Assembly (NCBI GenBank): GCA_035559535.1
Contig: DATMBG010000017.1
Location: 62,001 to 126,000 of the forward strand
DNA: 64,000 nucleotides
From: Candidatus Limnocylindrales bacterium
GTDB taxonomy: Bacteria; Moduliflexota; Moduliflexia; Moduliflexales; JAUQPW01
Direction of reading: 5' to 3'
Shown here: positions 9,487-19,556 of the stretch, one piece after another
Numbering within the stretch: position 1 is the first letter of the stretch
How the letters are laid out: each line of letters starts with the position of its first letter
The notes under the pieces: model-generated
What the model was told of the DNA's origin: nothing
The model's database searches: none
What the model saw: only the letters and a program-made list of their open reading frames with translations
Position numbers and translations under genes: made by a program

Positions 9487-11325
9487 ATGAAAGTAACTCG
9501 AAGAACATCTAAATTTTTTGCAGTATTTTTAATAATCTTACTTCTTATTCCCGGTGGAACGAGTCCTAAAGCCGCCAGCCATCGAGAAGCCCCTCTGATT
9601 GCAGAGGATCCTACGGCCGATAATACCGATACCTATGCCTTTGTAAGTCCAGAAGATCCTACTAAGCTGGTCATTCTTGCCAACTACATTCCCTTTGAAG
9701 CTCCGGCAGGAGGACCTAATTTTTATAACTTCTCGGATCAGGTAACTTACGATATACACATCGTAAACGATTTCAGTGATGGGGATGCTACCGAAGACCT
9801 TACCTTTCGGTTTAATTTTCAGACTGTTATCTCAAATCCGTTCACCTTTCTCTACAACTTCGGTCCGTTGACAGGGCTTAATCCTAACTCCAATCAGAAT
9901 ATTTATCAGACCTATACCATAACCGGCATTGCCGGACCAACGAATAAACCCAAAGCCCAGGTCTTATTAACTCCTTTTCCATTGACCGTTCCCCCTAATT
10001 ATGTGGGTAGCAACTCTGTACCGGATCCTGACACCACCAACTTTTTCGGGATCGGATCCATACCTTTGCCTACTCAGATTGGCGGGGGAACCATGCGTGT
10101 TTTTGCCGGTCAACGCGAAGAAGGATTCTATGCCGACCTGGGGGCCATTTTCGATCTCCTGCAACTCAGGACCGTGACCGGAGCTAATGGAGGCAGAGGA
10201 GTGGATGCTCTGGCAGGTCTCAATGTCCATACGATTGCCCTGGAGCTTCCTATTACGGCGGTGACTAAGAATCATCAGTTAATTACCGATCCCAATGATC
10301 CCAACGCCATTATCGGCGTTTATGCCTCTGCCAGTCGAAAGGTGGGTAACCAGCTTCAACAAGTTTCCCGTCTGGCAAATCCCCTGGTCAATGAAGTCAT
10401 TATTCCGGCATCCCTCAAGGATCAATGGAATACCAGTAATCCTAACAATGAGAGCCAGTTCCTTTTCTTCTATCAATTTCCTGAAGTGGCTACGCTGTTA
10501 AGCCAGTTGTTTGGTGTGAATGTACCTTCGGCACCCCGGAATGATATTGTGCAGGCCCTCTTAACCGGAGTACCCGGGTTGAACTGCCCGAATGCCTCAC
10601 CCACCTGTAGTGGTACACCCATTGCCGATTTGTTAAGATTGAATGTAGCCATACCCCCTAAAAAACCCGGGGATGCCGGATTCAGCAGATTGGGAGTGAT
10701 CGATGGAGATATCTCTGGGTTTCCCAACGGACGCCGTGTTTACGATGATGTGGTAGATATTGCCCTCCGGGTCATGGCCGGTGTCCTGGTTCCGGGTTTC
10801 AACATAGCGCCGAATAACGCTCTGAGCGATGGAGTAGACGGTAATGATAAGGTTTTCCTGAACGGCTTTCCCTTCCTACCAACACCTTATAATGGTTATA
10901 TCCAATCTGCAGGAATCCGATCGGTCTCCGAAACGGTACCTGAATTTCGCTATCTGGTCGTGCTAAACGGTGCCAACGAAGTGCCCCCGGTCTCCACAAC
11001 CGCCAGCGGTGCAGCCACGTTTAGTCAGAAGGATAATACCGTTAATTTTAAGGTTGTCCTCTCTAACATTTCAGGTGTAACGGCGGCTCATATTCACTCC
11101 GGTGCGGTAGGGGTCAATGGACCTATTCGGGTAAATTTATATACGGGACCGACCACGGGAGCCATCAACGGTACTCTGGTTGAAGGTACCTTCACCCCGG
11201 CAGATGTGAATGGAATCAGCTATAGTGATCTGATCAACGAGATGAAAAATGGAACGGCTTATGTAAATATTCACACCACGACCAATCCTAATGGCGAACT
11301 CCGGGGTCAGGTTCAACTACAATAA
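9487..11325 (+). CDS. Secreted DUF4331-family protein with a C-terminal CHRD domain
   Basis: Signal peptide then ASHREAP, DNTDTYAF, QVSRLANPLVNE and GFPNGRR..DDVVDI; CHRD motifs LNGANEVPP, AHIH and YVNIHT..PNGELRGQ. Confidence 0.85.
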   Translation: MKVTRRTSKFFAVFLIILLLIPGGTSPKAASHREAPLIAEDPTADNTDTYAFVSPEDPTKLVILANYIPFEAPAGGPNFYNFSDQVTYDIHIVNDFSDGDATEDLTFRFNFQTVISNPFTFLYNFGPLTGLNPNSNQNIYQTYTITGIAGPTNKPKAQVLLTPFPLTVPPNYVGSNSVPDPDTTNFFGIGSIPLPTQIGGGTMRVFAGQREEGFYADLGAIFDLLQLRTVTGANGGRGVDALAGLNVHTIALELPITAVTKNHQLITDPNDPNAIIGVYASASRKVGNQLQQVSRLANPLVNEVIIPASLKDQWNTSNPNNESQFLFFYQFPEVATLLSQLFGVNVPSAPRNDIVQALLTGVPGLNCPNASPTCSGTPIADLLRLNVAIPPKKPGDAGFSRLGVIDGDISGFPNGRRVYDDVVDIALRVMAGVLVPGFNIAPNNALSDGVDGNDKVFLNGFPFLPTPYNGYIQSAGIRSVSETVPEFRYLVVLNGANEVPPVSTTASGAATFSQKDNTVNFKVVLSNISGVTAAHIHSGAVGVNGPIRVNLYTGPTTGAINGTLVEGTFTPADVNGISYSDLINEMKNGTAYVNIHTTTNPNGELRGQVQLQ

Positions 11326-11327
11326 TT

Positions 11328-11364
11328 CGAGGGTAGGGCGGAGTACCTCTCCGCCCTACCCTCG
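11328..11364. repeat. 16-bp perfect hairpin (GTAG REP-like; possible mRNA stabiliser)
   Basis: cgagggtagggcggag-tacct-ctccgccctaccctcg just after the stop codon. Confidence 0.8.
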
Positions 11365-11426
11365 GTTTAACCGTCATCGGTTTCAAGAAACGTCCTAGAC
11401 CATCTTCCAAACTGGCGAAATTATTT

Positions 11427-12710
11427 ATGATATCTCGAAAGAGCGTTTCAATCTTTATTCTGATTCATTTCTTACTCTTAACCGGTAGAGTAGCCCGGGT
11501 GGAATCTGAAGATGCCCTGAAGGGAAAGTCCAGGATAGATATCCAGATTCAGCTTTATCAGGAAAAAATTTCTCAAGACCCCCAACAGATCCATAACTAC
11601 TATGCATTGGCGACCAATTACATACGAAAGGCGCGTGAAACGGGGGATATTACCTACTATCTTCTGGCAGAAACAACCCTTCAAAGGGCCCTGGAAATTA
11701 AGAAAGAGGACTACGAAGCCCTCAAATACCTGGCAACGGTTTACCTGTCAAAACACCAATTCCAGGAAGCCCTGACTTTGGCCAGGAAGCTCAACGAAAT
11801 GCACCCTGAGGATTATCTCAACTACGGAACCCTGGGGGATGCCCTGGTAGAGTTGGGGGAATATGATAAAGCCGACGAGGTAATTCAAAAGATGCTAAAA
11901 CTCAAACCCGGGTTGGTTTCTTATAGTCGGGCTTCTTATCTACGTGAACTGCGAGGGGATATAGAAGGGGCCATCCAATGGATGGAGCTGGCCGTTCGTA
12001 CGGCAAATCCCAGGGAAACGGAAGCCGTTGCCTGGTGTTTAACCCAACTGGGGAATTTACACTTTAATAAAGGTGATCTTGCCAAAGCCGAGACGCAATA
12101 TATAAAAGCCCTGACTATATTTCCAAGATACCATTATGCCCTGGCCGGAAGAGGAGGTGTTGAAGCAGCTAAAAAAAATTATCCACAGGCCGTTGATTGG
12201 TATAAGCAGGCAATCCAGATCATTCCCCTCCCCGAGTTCATTACAGCCCTGGGAGATGTCTATCAAAAAATGGGAGATCCCCACGAAGCTAGAAAACAAT
12301 ACGATCTGGTGGAGTATATGGGGCTATTAAATAAAATCAACCAGGTGGTATACAATCGAGACCTGGCCCTCTTTTATGCCGACCATGACCTTAAACTCAC
12401 GGAGGCCTTAGAGCTTGCCCGAAAGGAGCTGGAGTTTCGGAAAGATAACATTTATACCCAGGATACCCTGGCCTGGGCCTGTTATAAGAACCAGCAGTTC
12501 CAGGAAGCCCTTAAAGCTTCAGCACTATCTCTTCGGCTGGGAACCCAAGATGCGCGCCTTTTTTTCCATGCCGGAATGATCTACTATAAACTGGGTGAAA
12601 AAGATAAAGCAGCGGAGTACCTGAACAAGGCCCTTACTTTAAATCCTTATTTTCACATTCTGTATGCAGAGGTGGCCGAGAAAACACTGGCAGAGATAAA
12701 GGGCCGTTGA
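11427..12710 (+). CDS. Secreted tetratricopeptide repeat protein
   Basis: Signal-like N-terminus; repeated TPR patterns (LGDALVELGEYDKA, LGNLHFNKGDLAKA). Confidence 0.88.
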   Translation: MISRKSVSIFILIHFLLLTGRVARVESEDALKGKSRIDIQIQLYQEKISQDPQQIHNYYALATNYIRKARETGDITYYLLAETTLQRALEIKKEDYEALKYLATVYLSKHQFQEALTLARKLNEMHPEDYLNYGTLGDALVELGEYDKADEVIQKMLKLKPGLVSYSRASYLRELRGDIEGAIQWMELAVRTANPRETEAVAWCLTQLGNLHFNKGDLAKAETQYIKALTIFPRYHYALAGRGGVEAAKKNYPQAVDWYKQAIQIIPLPEFITALGDVYQKMGDPHEARKQYDLVEYMGLLNKINQVVYNRDLALFYADHDLKLTEALELARKELEFRKDNIYTQDTLAWACYKNQQFQEALKASALSLRLGTQDARLFFHAGMIYYKLGEKDKAAEYLNKALTLNPYFHILYAEVAEKTLAEIKGR

Positions 12711-12758
12711 GGAAGAAACAAAAACCAAGATAATTCTTACCCTGGGAGGAAAAAATAC

Positions 12759-14513
12759 ATGATGGAACAGGATAGTTTTCGTAGGGGAGAAATAAAAGGT
12801 AAAAATAACAGAAGATTGACTCCTCTAGAGGTCATGAAGAAGATCCGGAAGGTCTTCCTGTCCGTTGCCTGCTGCTTCTTATATCTTTCCAGATTAATAG
12901 GGAACCTGTCATCGCTGGCAGGGATCTTCTTAAAGTATGCTCTTCAACTTGAAAAGGTATTACCGTTAGCTTCTTACCTGTTGATAGTTGTCTCTTGTTT
13001 TCTACCTTCCCTGGCTTCTGCTCATCCCATGGGCAATTTCTCCATCAGTCATTATTCGAGAATTAAAGTTGAACCCGGGGCTATTCGGCTCCGGTATATC
13101 ATCGATATGGCAGAAATCCCGACATTCCAAGAGATTACAGAGATGGATACCGATGGGGATAAGAATCCCTCACCTTCGGAGCGTCAGAGGTACTTATCTC
13201 AGAAAGTAGAGGACTTTAAAAAAGGATTAACCTTAACACTCAACAAACAGGCTCTTGATTTGCAGGTAGAATCCACCCAGATAACTTTCCTACCTGGGGC
13301 CGGGAACCTTCCTACTTTAAAGATTTATGTAGATTATCTTGCCCCTGTGAAGGAAACCCATCTATCGAACCTGAATCAGGTTTTTTATCAAGACAATAAC
13401 TTTTCAGGAAGAGCTGGCTGGAAGGAAATTATCGTAACCGGGTCGGAGGGCATTTCTATACAAAATGCTTCGATCCCCTCTGTAGATCGAAGTAACGAGC
13501 TTTCGAATTATCCTACCGATATTCTTTCAAGCCCACCTCAGGATTTAGTGGCAAGCTTTTCATTCTCCGAAGTTCAAACCTCTAAGATTTTAAAAACTCC
13601 GGAAGTTTCAGGGAAAGAGCCAACCTCCGGGATTTCTAAAACGTCTGAAGTCTCATTCAGGAATTCTAAGAGATTTGCAGACGGATTTACAGAGCTTATC
13701 TCCAGCCGGGATTTAACTTTTCAAGCTCTCCTCATTTTATTGGCCACTGCATTTGGTTTAGGGGCCTTCCATGCTTTATCTCCAGGTCATGGCAAGACTG
13801 TTGTGGCCGCCTATCTGGTAGGTTCTAGAGGAACTACAGCTCACGCCCTATTTCTAGGAGCTGTTGTGACCCTGACCCATACCATAGGAGTCTTTATACT
13901 GGGGTTAATCACTTTGTATGCTTCCAGATACATTATCCCGGAGAAGTTATATCCCTGGCTTGGATTTTTCTCAGGATTAACAATTGTTGCCATTGGATTG
14001 ACTTTGTTTATAAAACGATATCAAAATCTCTACGGTTCCCATAGCCATACTCCTGAACACGACTTTGCACATACCCATTTTCATCCTCATCCTGCCGGGC
14101 ATTCCCATTTCCATACCCACCCTAACCCCTTTCCCACCCATCCCGATCATTCCCACGGCCACTCCCATCATACGTTTAACGGAGGTAAAGAGCAGGTATC
14201 TCTGGGAAGCCTGTTTGCTTTAGGTATTAGTGGGGGTATGGTCCCCTGTCCCTCAGCCCTCGTAGTCCTTCTGAGTGCTATCTCTCTTCATCGAATCGGA
14301 TTGGGTCTTATCCTTATCATAGCTTTCAGTGTAGGGCTGGCTTTAGTCCTTATGGGCATCGGTTTGTTGATGGTTTATGCAAAGCAATTTATGGACAGAT
14401 TTCGTGGGGAGGGAACTCTGATCCAGAGATTACCTCTACTCTCATCTATTCTTATCACGATTCTGGGATTAGGAATCGCCATTCAATCTTTGATTAGCGG
14501 CGGAGTTCTATAG
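12759..14513 (+). CDS. RcnA/NiCoT-like nickel/cobalt transporter with a periplasmic N-terminal domain
   Basis: HALSPGHGKT, THTIGV, His-rich loop and GMVPCPSAL motifs; mature domain likely starts HPMGNF; true start uncertain and probably later. Confidence 0.85.
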   Translation: MMEQDSFRRGEIKGKNNRRLTPLEVMKKIRKVFLSVACCFLYLSRLIGNLSSLAGIFLKYALQLEKVLPLASYLLIVVSCFLPSLASAHPMGNFSISHYSRIKVEPGAIRLRYIIDMAEIPTFQEITEMDTDGDKNPSPSERQRYLSQKVEDFKKGLTLTLNKQALDLQVESTQITFLPGAGNLPTLKIYVDYLAPVKETHLSNLNQVFYQDNNFSGRAGWKEIIVTGSEGISIQNASIPSVDRSNELSNYPTDILSSPPQDLVASFSFSEVQTSKILKTPEVSGKEPTSGISKTSEVSFRNSKRFADGFTELISSRDLTFQALLILLATAFGLGAFHALSPGHGKTVVAAYLVGSRGTTAHALFLGAVVTLTHTIGVFILGLITLYASRYIIPEKLYPWLGFFSGLTIVAIGLTLFIKRYQNLYGSHSHTPEHDFAHTHFHPHPAGHSHFHTHPNPFPTHPDHSHGHSHHTFNGGKEQVSLGSLFALGISGGMVPCPSALVVLLSAISLHRIGLGLILIIAFSVGLALVLMGIGLLMVYAKQFMDRFRGEGTLIQRLPLLSSILITILGLGIAIQSLISGGVL

Positions 14514-14590
14514 ATTCCATCTTGTCGTAAATTCAATTTAACTTCTAACCTGGCAAATCCCGGTCATCCTAGATATTCCTGCTTTTCTTA

Positions 14591-14619
14591 TTGACTCCTG
14601 ACTCAAATTATGGCATATT
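14591..14619 (+). promoter_or_regulatory. Sigma-70-like promoter for the ECF sigma gene
   Basis: TTGACT-N17-CATATT; overlaps the ORF-track ATG at 14610, favouring ATG 14703. Confidence 0.5.
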
Positions 14620-14702
14620 GGTTATCAATTGGGGAAATACTTCAAACGGATAAACCCGGCTCTTTTGGATCGGATCGAGAGCTAATCTTTCTAAGTTTTG
14701 TC

Positions 14703-15269
14703 ATGGAGCAAAATTTAAGTCTCTACCTTCTTAAGAGGATAGCCGAAAAAGATCTAAACGCTTTCAGTATATTTTATGATTCCTATGCAGCCGTTATTTA
14801 TAGCTTAGCTCTTCGTATCGTTCGTAACTCTCAAGAAGCCGAGGATATCGTTCAGCAAGTATTTCTTCAAGTATGGCATAAAGCTTCTCAATATGATGCC
14901 CAACAAGGAAGTCCTCAAGCCTGGCTTATGACCATAGCTCGTAATCAGGCCATTGATAAATTCCGTCTCATGAGATCAAAGCGAGAGGTTAACTGGGAGG
15001 AGATGGAAAAGCCTGTTTCTGAGAATCCCCAATCAGCCGGTGAGCCTTTATACTCTTTGTTAGACAAGGAAAAGAGAGATCTGATATTAGAGGCCCTTCA
15101 GACTCTTTCTCCATCCCAAAGGAGTGCCATCGAGCTTGCTTACTTTGAAGGATTAAGTCACAGGGAGATTTCCGAGAAACTTAAAGAACCCTTAGGTACT
15201 ATAAAAACACGTATCAATCTCGGGTTGAAAAAACTCAGAGACATGCTACGACCTCATTTTCGTGAATGA
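14703..15269 (+). CDS. ECF RNA polymerase sigma factor, SigK-like
   Basis: AEDIVQQVFLQVW, WLMTIARNQAID and LAYFEGLSHREIS..PLGTIKTR motifs. Confidence 0.9.
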   Translation: MEQNLSLYLLKRIAEKDLNAFSIFYDSYAAVIYSLALRIVRNSQEAEDIVQQVFLQVWHKASQYDAQQGSPQAWLMTIARNQAIDKFRLMRSKREVNWEEMEKPVSENPQSAGEPLYSLLDKEKRDLILEALQTLSPSQRSAIELAYFEGLSHREISEKLKEPLGTIKTRINLGLKKLRDMLRPHFRE

Positions 15270-16156
15270 CTTCTATGGCTCATGAAGAATTTGAAGATCT
15301 CTATGGGCTTTATGTACTGGGATCCCTTACTCCGGCAGAACAGACCCAACTGGAAACTCATCTCCATACCGGTTGTGCCACCTGCCGGGAGTCTATTCCA
15401 CAAGTCCGAGAAGTATTTGCCCTGCTCCCTTACTCACTTCCGCTGATCCCTCCACCTCCTGAAGGAAAGCAAAAGCTCCTGGAGAAAATTCAAAGGGAAG
15501 AAGGCCTACGATTTGAGGAACAGAAACCCCGACCTGGACGTACCAAAGAGGGAAAACGTCGCTTCCTGGCCCCTTTATGGACACTTGCGGTTGCCTGTCT
15601 GGTCCTATTTTTAGGAAGATATACCTTTTTGCTTTATCGGGAAGTTTCTTTGCTTAAAGAGGAACTGGTTCAGCAACAAAAAGAAACCGATTTGTGGAAA
15701 AATCAACTCACCCGACAAAAGCTCGAAGATGATCTGTTAAAAAACCAGTTGATGCAACAACAACAGGATTTAAACGCTTTAAGGGATGAACTGATAAAGT
15801 TGCGGAGTTATATGGCTATGATAACGGCTCCCTCTGTAAAGACGGTTAATCTCGTCGGATCGGCCAAAAGTCGTGAGGCCCGTGGAAAAATTTTTCTGGA
15901 TCCAATCCAACATCGAGCACTGTTTTATGCCTACCACCTTCCCTCGATTCCTCCTGGAAAAACCTACCAGCTTTGGGTAATCAAAGATAAACCTGTGAGT
16001 GCAGGGGTTTTCTCTGTGGACTCCGAAGGTAATGCTTTTCTTGAGGTATCGGGACTTCTGACCGAGGTAGAAAAAATAAAGGCCATTGCCGTAACCCTGG
16101 AACCTGCCGGCGGACTTCCCCAACCATCAGGGGATAAATACCTGGTCGGTTCCTGA
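15266..16156 (+). CDS. RskA-type anti-sigma factor (Zn-finger-like ASD, TM helix, coiled coil, RskA domain)
   Basis: ATGA overlap with the sigma gene; HLHTGCATC; one TM helix; YQLWVI..P.SAG and AVTLEPAGG..QPSG motifs. Confidence 0.9.
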   Translation: MTSMAHEEFEDLYGLYVLGSLTPAEQTQLETHLHTGCATCRESIPQVREVFALLPYSLPLIPPPPEGKQKLLEKIQREEGLRFEEQKPRPGRTKEGKRRFLAPLWTLAVACLVLFLGRYTFLLYREVSLLKEELVQQQKETDLWKNQLTRQKLEDDLLKNQLMQQQQDLNALRDELIKLRSYMAMITAPSVKTVNLVGSAKSREARGKIFLDPIQHRALFYAYHLPSIPPGKTYQLWVIKDKPVSAGVFSVDSEGNAFLEVSGLLTEVEKIKAIAVTLEPAGGLPQPSGDKYLVGS

Positions 16157-16221
16157 CCGGTTAAAAGGTCGAGGGTACAAACCCGTTCCCCGGAGGAGCG
16201 TCTAAATTCATTCTTCCAAGC

Positions 16222-17022
16222 TTACTCCCAAATCGCCTTGTCAAGATTACGGCTCTTATCGAGTCCCACTAGGGTATCCCGACCCTTGATATGACGTAAA
16301 AGGGTTCGTGTTAAATTGGCTCCAGATAGGTTACACCGAGACAGGTCGGCTTCCGTTAGATCGGCTCCGGAGAGATCACTCTCGGAGAGATCGGCCTCTG
16401 TCAAATTTGCACGGGTCAGGTTAGCAAAACTCAAACGGGCTTTAGATAAATCCGCTCCTGTTAAGTCTGCTCCTGTTAGGTTAGCCCCTGCCAGGGTCAT
16501 GCGCATTAGACCCATGGGCTGGTTTTTCATGTCTGCACCCATTTTTGCATAAGACAAATTGGCATTGGTTAAATTAGCCTTTTCCAGGGTGGCAATCATA
16601 CGTACACCGGATAAGTTGGCACCGGTAAGGTCAGCATTTGTTAAAATAACTCCATACAGACTGGCTTTGCTCAAGTTAGCCTGGGAAAGATTGGCCGACT
16701 GGAGAACGGTTAAATCCATATTGGTTTCGGAGAGATTGGCGCCACTTAAATTGGTATTATAAAATTTGGTACCCCAAAGCCTGGCCCGCTTAAAATCAAT
16801 ATGGGATAAATCTAACCCAGAAAGATCCTTGTTGGAAAGATCAATGTTTCCTTCACTGACCGTTGAGAGAATGTTCAAGATCTGTTCCCGGGTAAGATCT
16901 GCCGTCCAGCCGGGTAAAGGAAGTAGAATCCCACAGGTAAGTAAAAGGGAAACAAGCCAATACTTTGAAAAATATTTCCTCCTATCGGGAAGAAGGTACA
17001 GGGGATTTTTATAGAAAATCAT
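16222..17022 (-). CDS. Secreted pentapeptide repeat protein
   Basis: Tandem A(N/D)LxG-type repeats; ADMKNQPMGLMR insert; N-terminal hydrophobic segment. Confidence 0.9.
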   Translation of the reverse strand: MIFYKNPLYLLPDRRKYFSKYWLVSLLLTCGILLPLPGWTADLTREQILNILSTVSEGNIDLSNKDLSGLDLSHIDFKRARLWGTKFYNTNLSGANLSETNMDLTVLQSANLSQANLSKASLYGVILTNADLTGANLSGVRMIATLEKANLTNANLSYAKMGADMKNQPMGLMRMTLAGANLTGADLTGADLSKARLSFANLTRANLTEADLSESDLSGADLTEADLSRCNLSGANLTRTLLRHIKGRDTLVGLDKSRNLDKAIWE

Positions 17023-17209
17023 AAAATCCGATAAATTTTAAAATACGGAATTTTTAAAATCCATTTGACTTAAGTTAAACTATAGTGAAAATTCAAAAAC
17101 CGGTCAAGAAAATAAAACAAGGTAGTTGGGTTAAATACCTGAAAGGCGGTATAAAAATCTCAAATTTAAACCTCATTCCATTCTTTAACGATCTAGAGGA
17201 GGGAAAGGT

Positions 17210-18853
17210 ATGTCTACGGTAGTTAAGAGTCAGGGTTTTTCTGTAACTCCCCATGTCGGAGATGGTGCGGTATTGCTGGCTTTTAACTTAGAAAAAAAAT
17301 TGACGACCCATCTGGCCGGATTTACCATTCAGTGTCACCCACCGACCGGGGCCCCATATTTTTTAAAGAATCGACTTAATTTCCAAAAAGGGCTTACCAA
17401 TCGGAAGAAACTGGCCTCAACCGATTATGTCGGATCGGATCAGGCCCCTTTTCAAAAATTTCAATGGATTCACTTTCCCCCTCAAGGTCCCGGTGTGTAT
17501 CAGTACATCGTTTATGCAACTTATTTCAAGAACGGTACCCTTAAACCGGGTCCAAAGATAACGGTTACAGTGGATCTAAGACGACGGGCTTTCTCCGATT
17601 TAGAGCTGGGATTTACCCGGGCTTACATCTCGGCCCAGGCTTATGTGGAGCGTTATAAAAATAAAGATATACGGCCTTATCCAAAATCTATGGACTTTGA
17701 TACCACCCCTTATCAGGACCAGTATCAATGGCTGGGAGCCCATGCCCGAAAATTGGTTTTCCAGTTTTTAGACGAGTGCCTGCAAGATCCTCTTATCTCG
17801 GTAGATGTTTTTGCCTATGATTTTGACGAACCTGATATCATTCGGGCCCTTTGTAAAATGGGATCTCGAGTTCGGGTTTTTCAGGACGATTCAGCTCTTC
17901 ATATAGGTCCTAAAGCCTTAGAACCGAAAACGGTGGCCGCACTCAGGGCAGCGGGTGTCCGGGTAAAGTTGGGGCATTTCGACCGCTTTGCCCATAACAA
18001 AGTTATGATCCAGAAAAAGAACGGAAAGGCCACGAAAGTATTAACCGGTTCGGCTAATTTTTCAGTCCGGGGTTTTTATGTGCAGGCCAACAGTATCCTG
18101 GTTTTTAATGATCCTACCATTGCGAATCTTTATGAACAGGCCTTTGAGCAGGCCTTCACCCATCCGGATCAATTCAAATCATCTCCCATTGCCGCCCGAT
18201 GGTATAATTTGAAACGCCCTCAAAGTTTCCCATTATCCCTCAGCTTCGCGCCTCATCCTACTCCGTTTACCCTCCATAAGATTTCTAAAGCTATTGAATC
18301 CGCTCAAAGTTCTGTTCTTTTTGCAGTGATGCAAATGGGTGGGCAGGGAAAGGTCTTACGGGATCTGGAAAATCTGGGAGAACGAAAGCAGATTTTCTCC
18401 TTGGGAATCATCGAATCCACCGATCAACTCAGACTTTTTAAACCCGGTATTGGTCATGCCGAGGTTGCTTCCTTTGATTTTCTTCAAGGTAGTCTTCCAG
18501 GACCTTTCAAACCTGAATGGAGCGGAGGCGTAGGGGAAGTTATCCACCATAAGTTTATAGTTTGTGATTTCAACGACCGAAACCCAGTGGTATTTTGTGG
18601 TTCTTCTAATCTTGCTCAGGGTGGAGAAACTTCCAATGGGGATAATCTCTTAGCCATCTACAATCGGGAAATTGCTACCTGCTATGCCATTGAGGCCGTT
18701 CGCCTGTTTGATCATTATCGATTCCGTAACCTCCACGAGAAGAGTACCACCCGATTTCCACTTATTTTAAAATCGACCGATGAATGGGTAAAGCCTTATT
18801 ACGATCCTGCCAGTATTAAATTTCGTGAGCGGGAGCTTTTCAGTCGGGCTTAA
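17210..18853 (+). CDS. Phospholipase D-like domain protein
   Basis: Two HxK motifs: AHNKVMI..LTGSANFS and IHHKFIVCD..GSSN; GAGGAGG RBS. Confidence 0.85.
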   Translation: MSTVVKSQGFSVTPHVGDGAVLLAFNLEKKLTTHLAGFTIQCHPPTGAPYFLKNRLNFQKGLTNRKKLASTDYVGSDQAPFQKFQWIHFPPQGPGVYQYIVYATYFKNGTLKPGPKITVTVDLRRRAFSDLELGFTRAYISAQAYVERYKNKDIRPYPKSMDFDTTPYQDQYQWLGAHARKLVFQFLDECLQDPLISVDVFAYDFDEPDIIRALCKMGSRVRVFQDDSALHIGPKALEPKTVAALRAAGVRVKLGHFDRFAHNKVMIQKKNGKATKVLTGSANFSVRGFYVQANSILVFNDPTIANLYEQAFEQAFTHPDQFKSSPIAARWYNLKRPQSFPLSLSFAPHPTPFTLHKISKAIESAQSSVLFAVMQMGGQGKVLRDLENLGERKQIFSLGIIESTDQLRLFKPGIGHAEVASFDFLQGSLPGPFKPEWSGGVGEVIHHKFIVCDFNDRNPVVFCGSSNLAQGGETSNGDNLLAIYNREIATCYAIEAVRLFDHYRFRNLHEKSTTRFPLILKSTDEWVKPYYDPASIKFRERELFSRA

Positions 18854-19127
18854 AAATTCTCAGAATCTCGATAACCCCATTTTACCTGATACGTATCGGG
18901 TCTTCCTGGAATAAGACCGGGAAACTATTACATGGTCTACTTAGTTTTGTTTAACTTTTAAGTGGCCCTCACCCCCCAACCCCCATACGCGCCAGGATAA
19001 GAGTGAGATCCCTAAGGAGGGTCTCCTTAATGTCAAACGAGACGTTGTACGGGCGCAAGGCCTTGCGCCCCTACCTTACGTTTGCAGGGGAAGGAATTTT
19101 GAAGCGAGGTTCCCTCCCCTGTGAAAC

Positions 19128-19426
19128 CTAACCATTACCCATATTTTTTCATTTCGAGGGATTGATAGCGGGCTCAGCTAGCCTGTTGGTTGAATAGCAA
19201 ATATTGTCAACCGAGACGGTTGGCCTGCCCTTTGCGTATTCGGGGTCATTGAAAGGTATGGTAGGACAAGCGTCTCGCTTGTCCTGGTCAACCGGGACGG
19301 TTGACCTACCTATATTGTCAACCGGGATGGTTAACCTACCCATATTGTCAACCGGGACGGTTGACCTACCGGACTAACCGTTTTGAGCCCCATCCCCCCA
19401 AATCAAAAAATGTGGGTAAAGATAAG
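19128..19426. mobile_element. Inner 299-bp MITE with 27-bp TIRs and a 10-bp target-site duplication
   Basis: ctaaccattacccatattttttcattt / aaatcaaaaaatgtgggtaaagataag (22/27); cctgtgaaac at 19118-19127 and 19427-19436. Confidence 0.85.
19261..19370. repeat. Cluster of GTAG REP-like hairpins with 30-bp tandem units
   Basis: gtaggacaagcgtctcgcttgtcc then three gtcaaccgggacggttgacctacc-like units; a degenerate copy at 19201-19229. Confidence 0.85.
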
Positions 19427-19556
19427 CCTGTGAAACGGGGGAGAGACCGGGTGGGGGTGCCTTATCCTGGCGCCTAGGCTCTGGCCCCTCTCCCGAAGCC
19501 TCGGGAGGGGGGTTAGGGGTGAGGAAAAATCATACAGAATTTTCCCTTTTATACCT

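Larger units (their letters stand above)
18984..19478. mobile_element. Outer MITE-like element with 18-bp terminal inverted repeats
   Basis: catacgcgccaggataag (18984-19001) / cttatcctggcgcctagg (19461-19478), 16/18 match; related ends at 34001 and 49913-50008. Confidence 0.65.

Noticed and set aside
14610-14702. N-terminal extension of the ECF sigma
   Set aside because: ATG 14610 lies inside a sigma-70-like promoter and the extension has no sigma-like character
19201-19370. Possible CRISPR array (30-bp periodic palindromic repeats)
   Set aside because: The units are adjacent with no unique spacers, no cas genes are present, and they are REP-like hairpins inside a MITE
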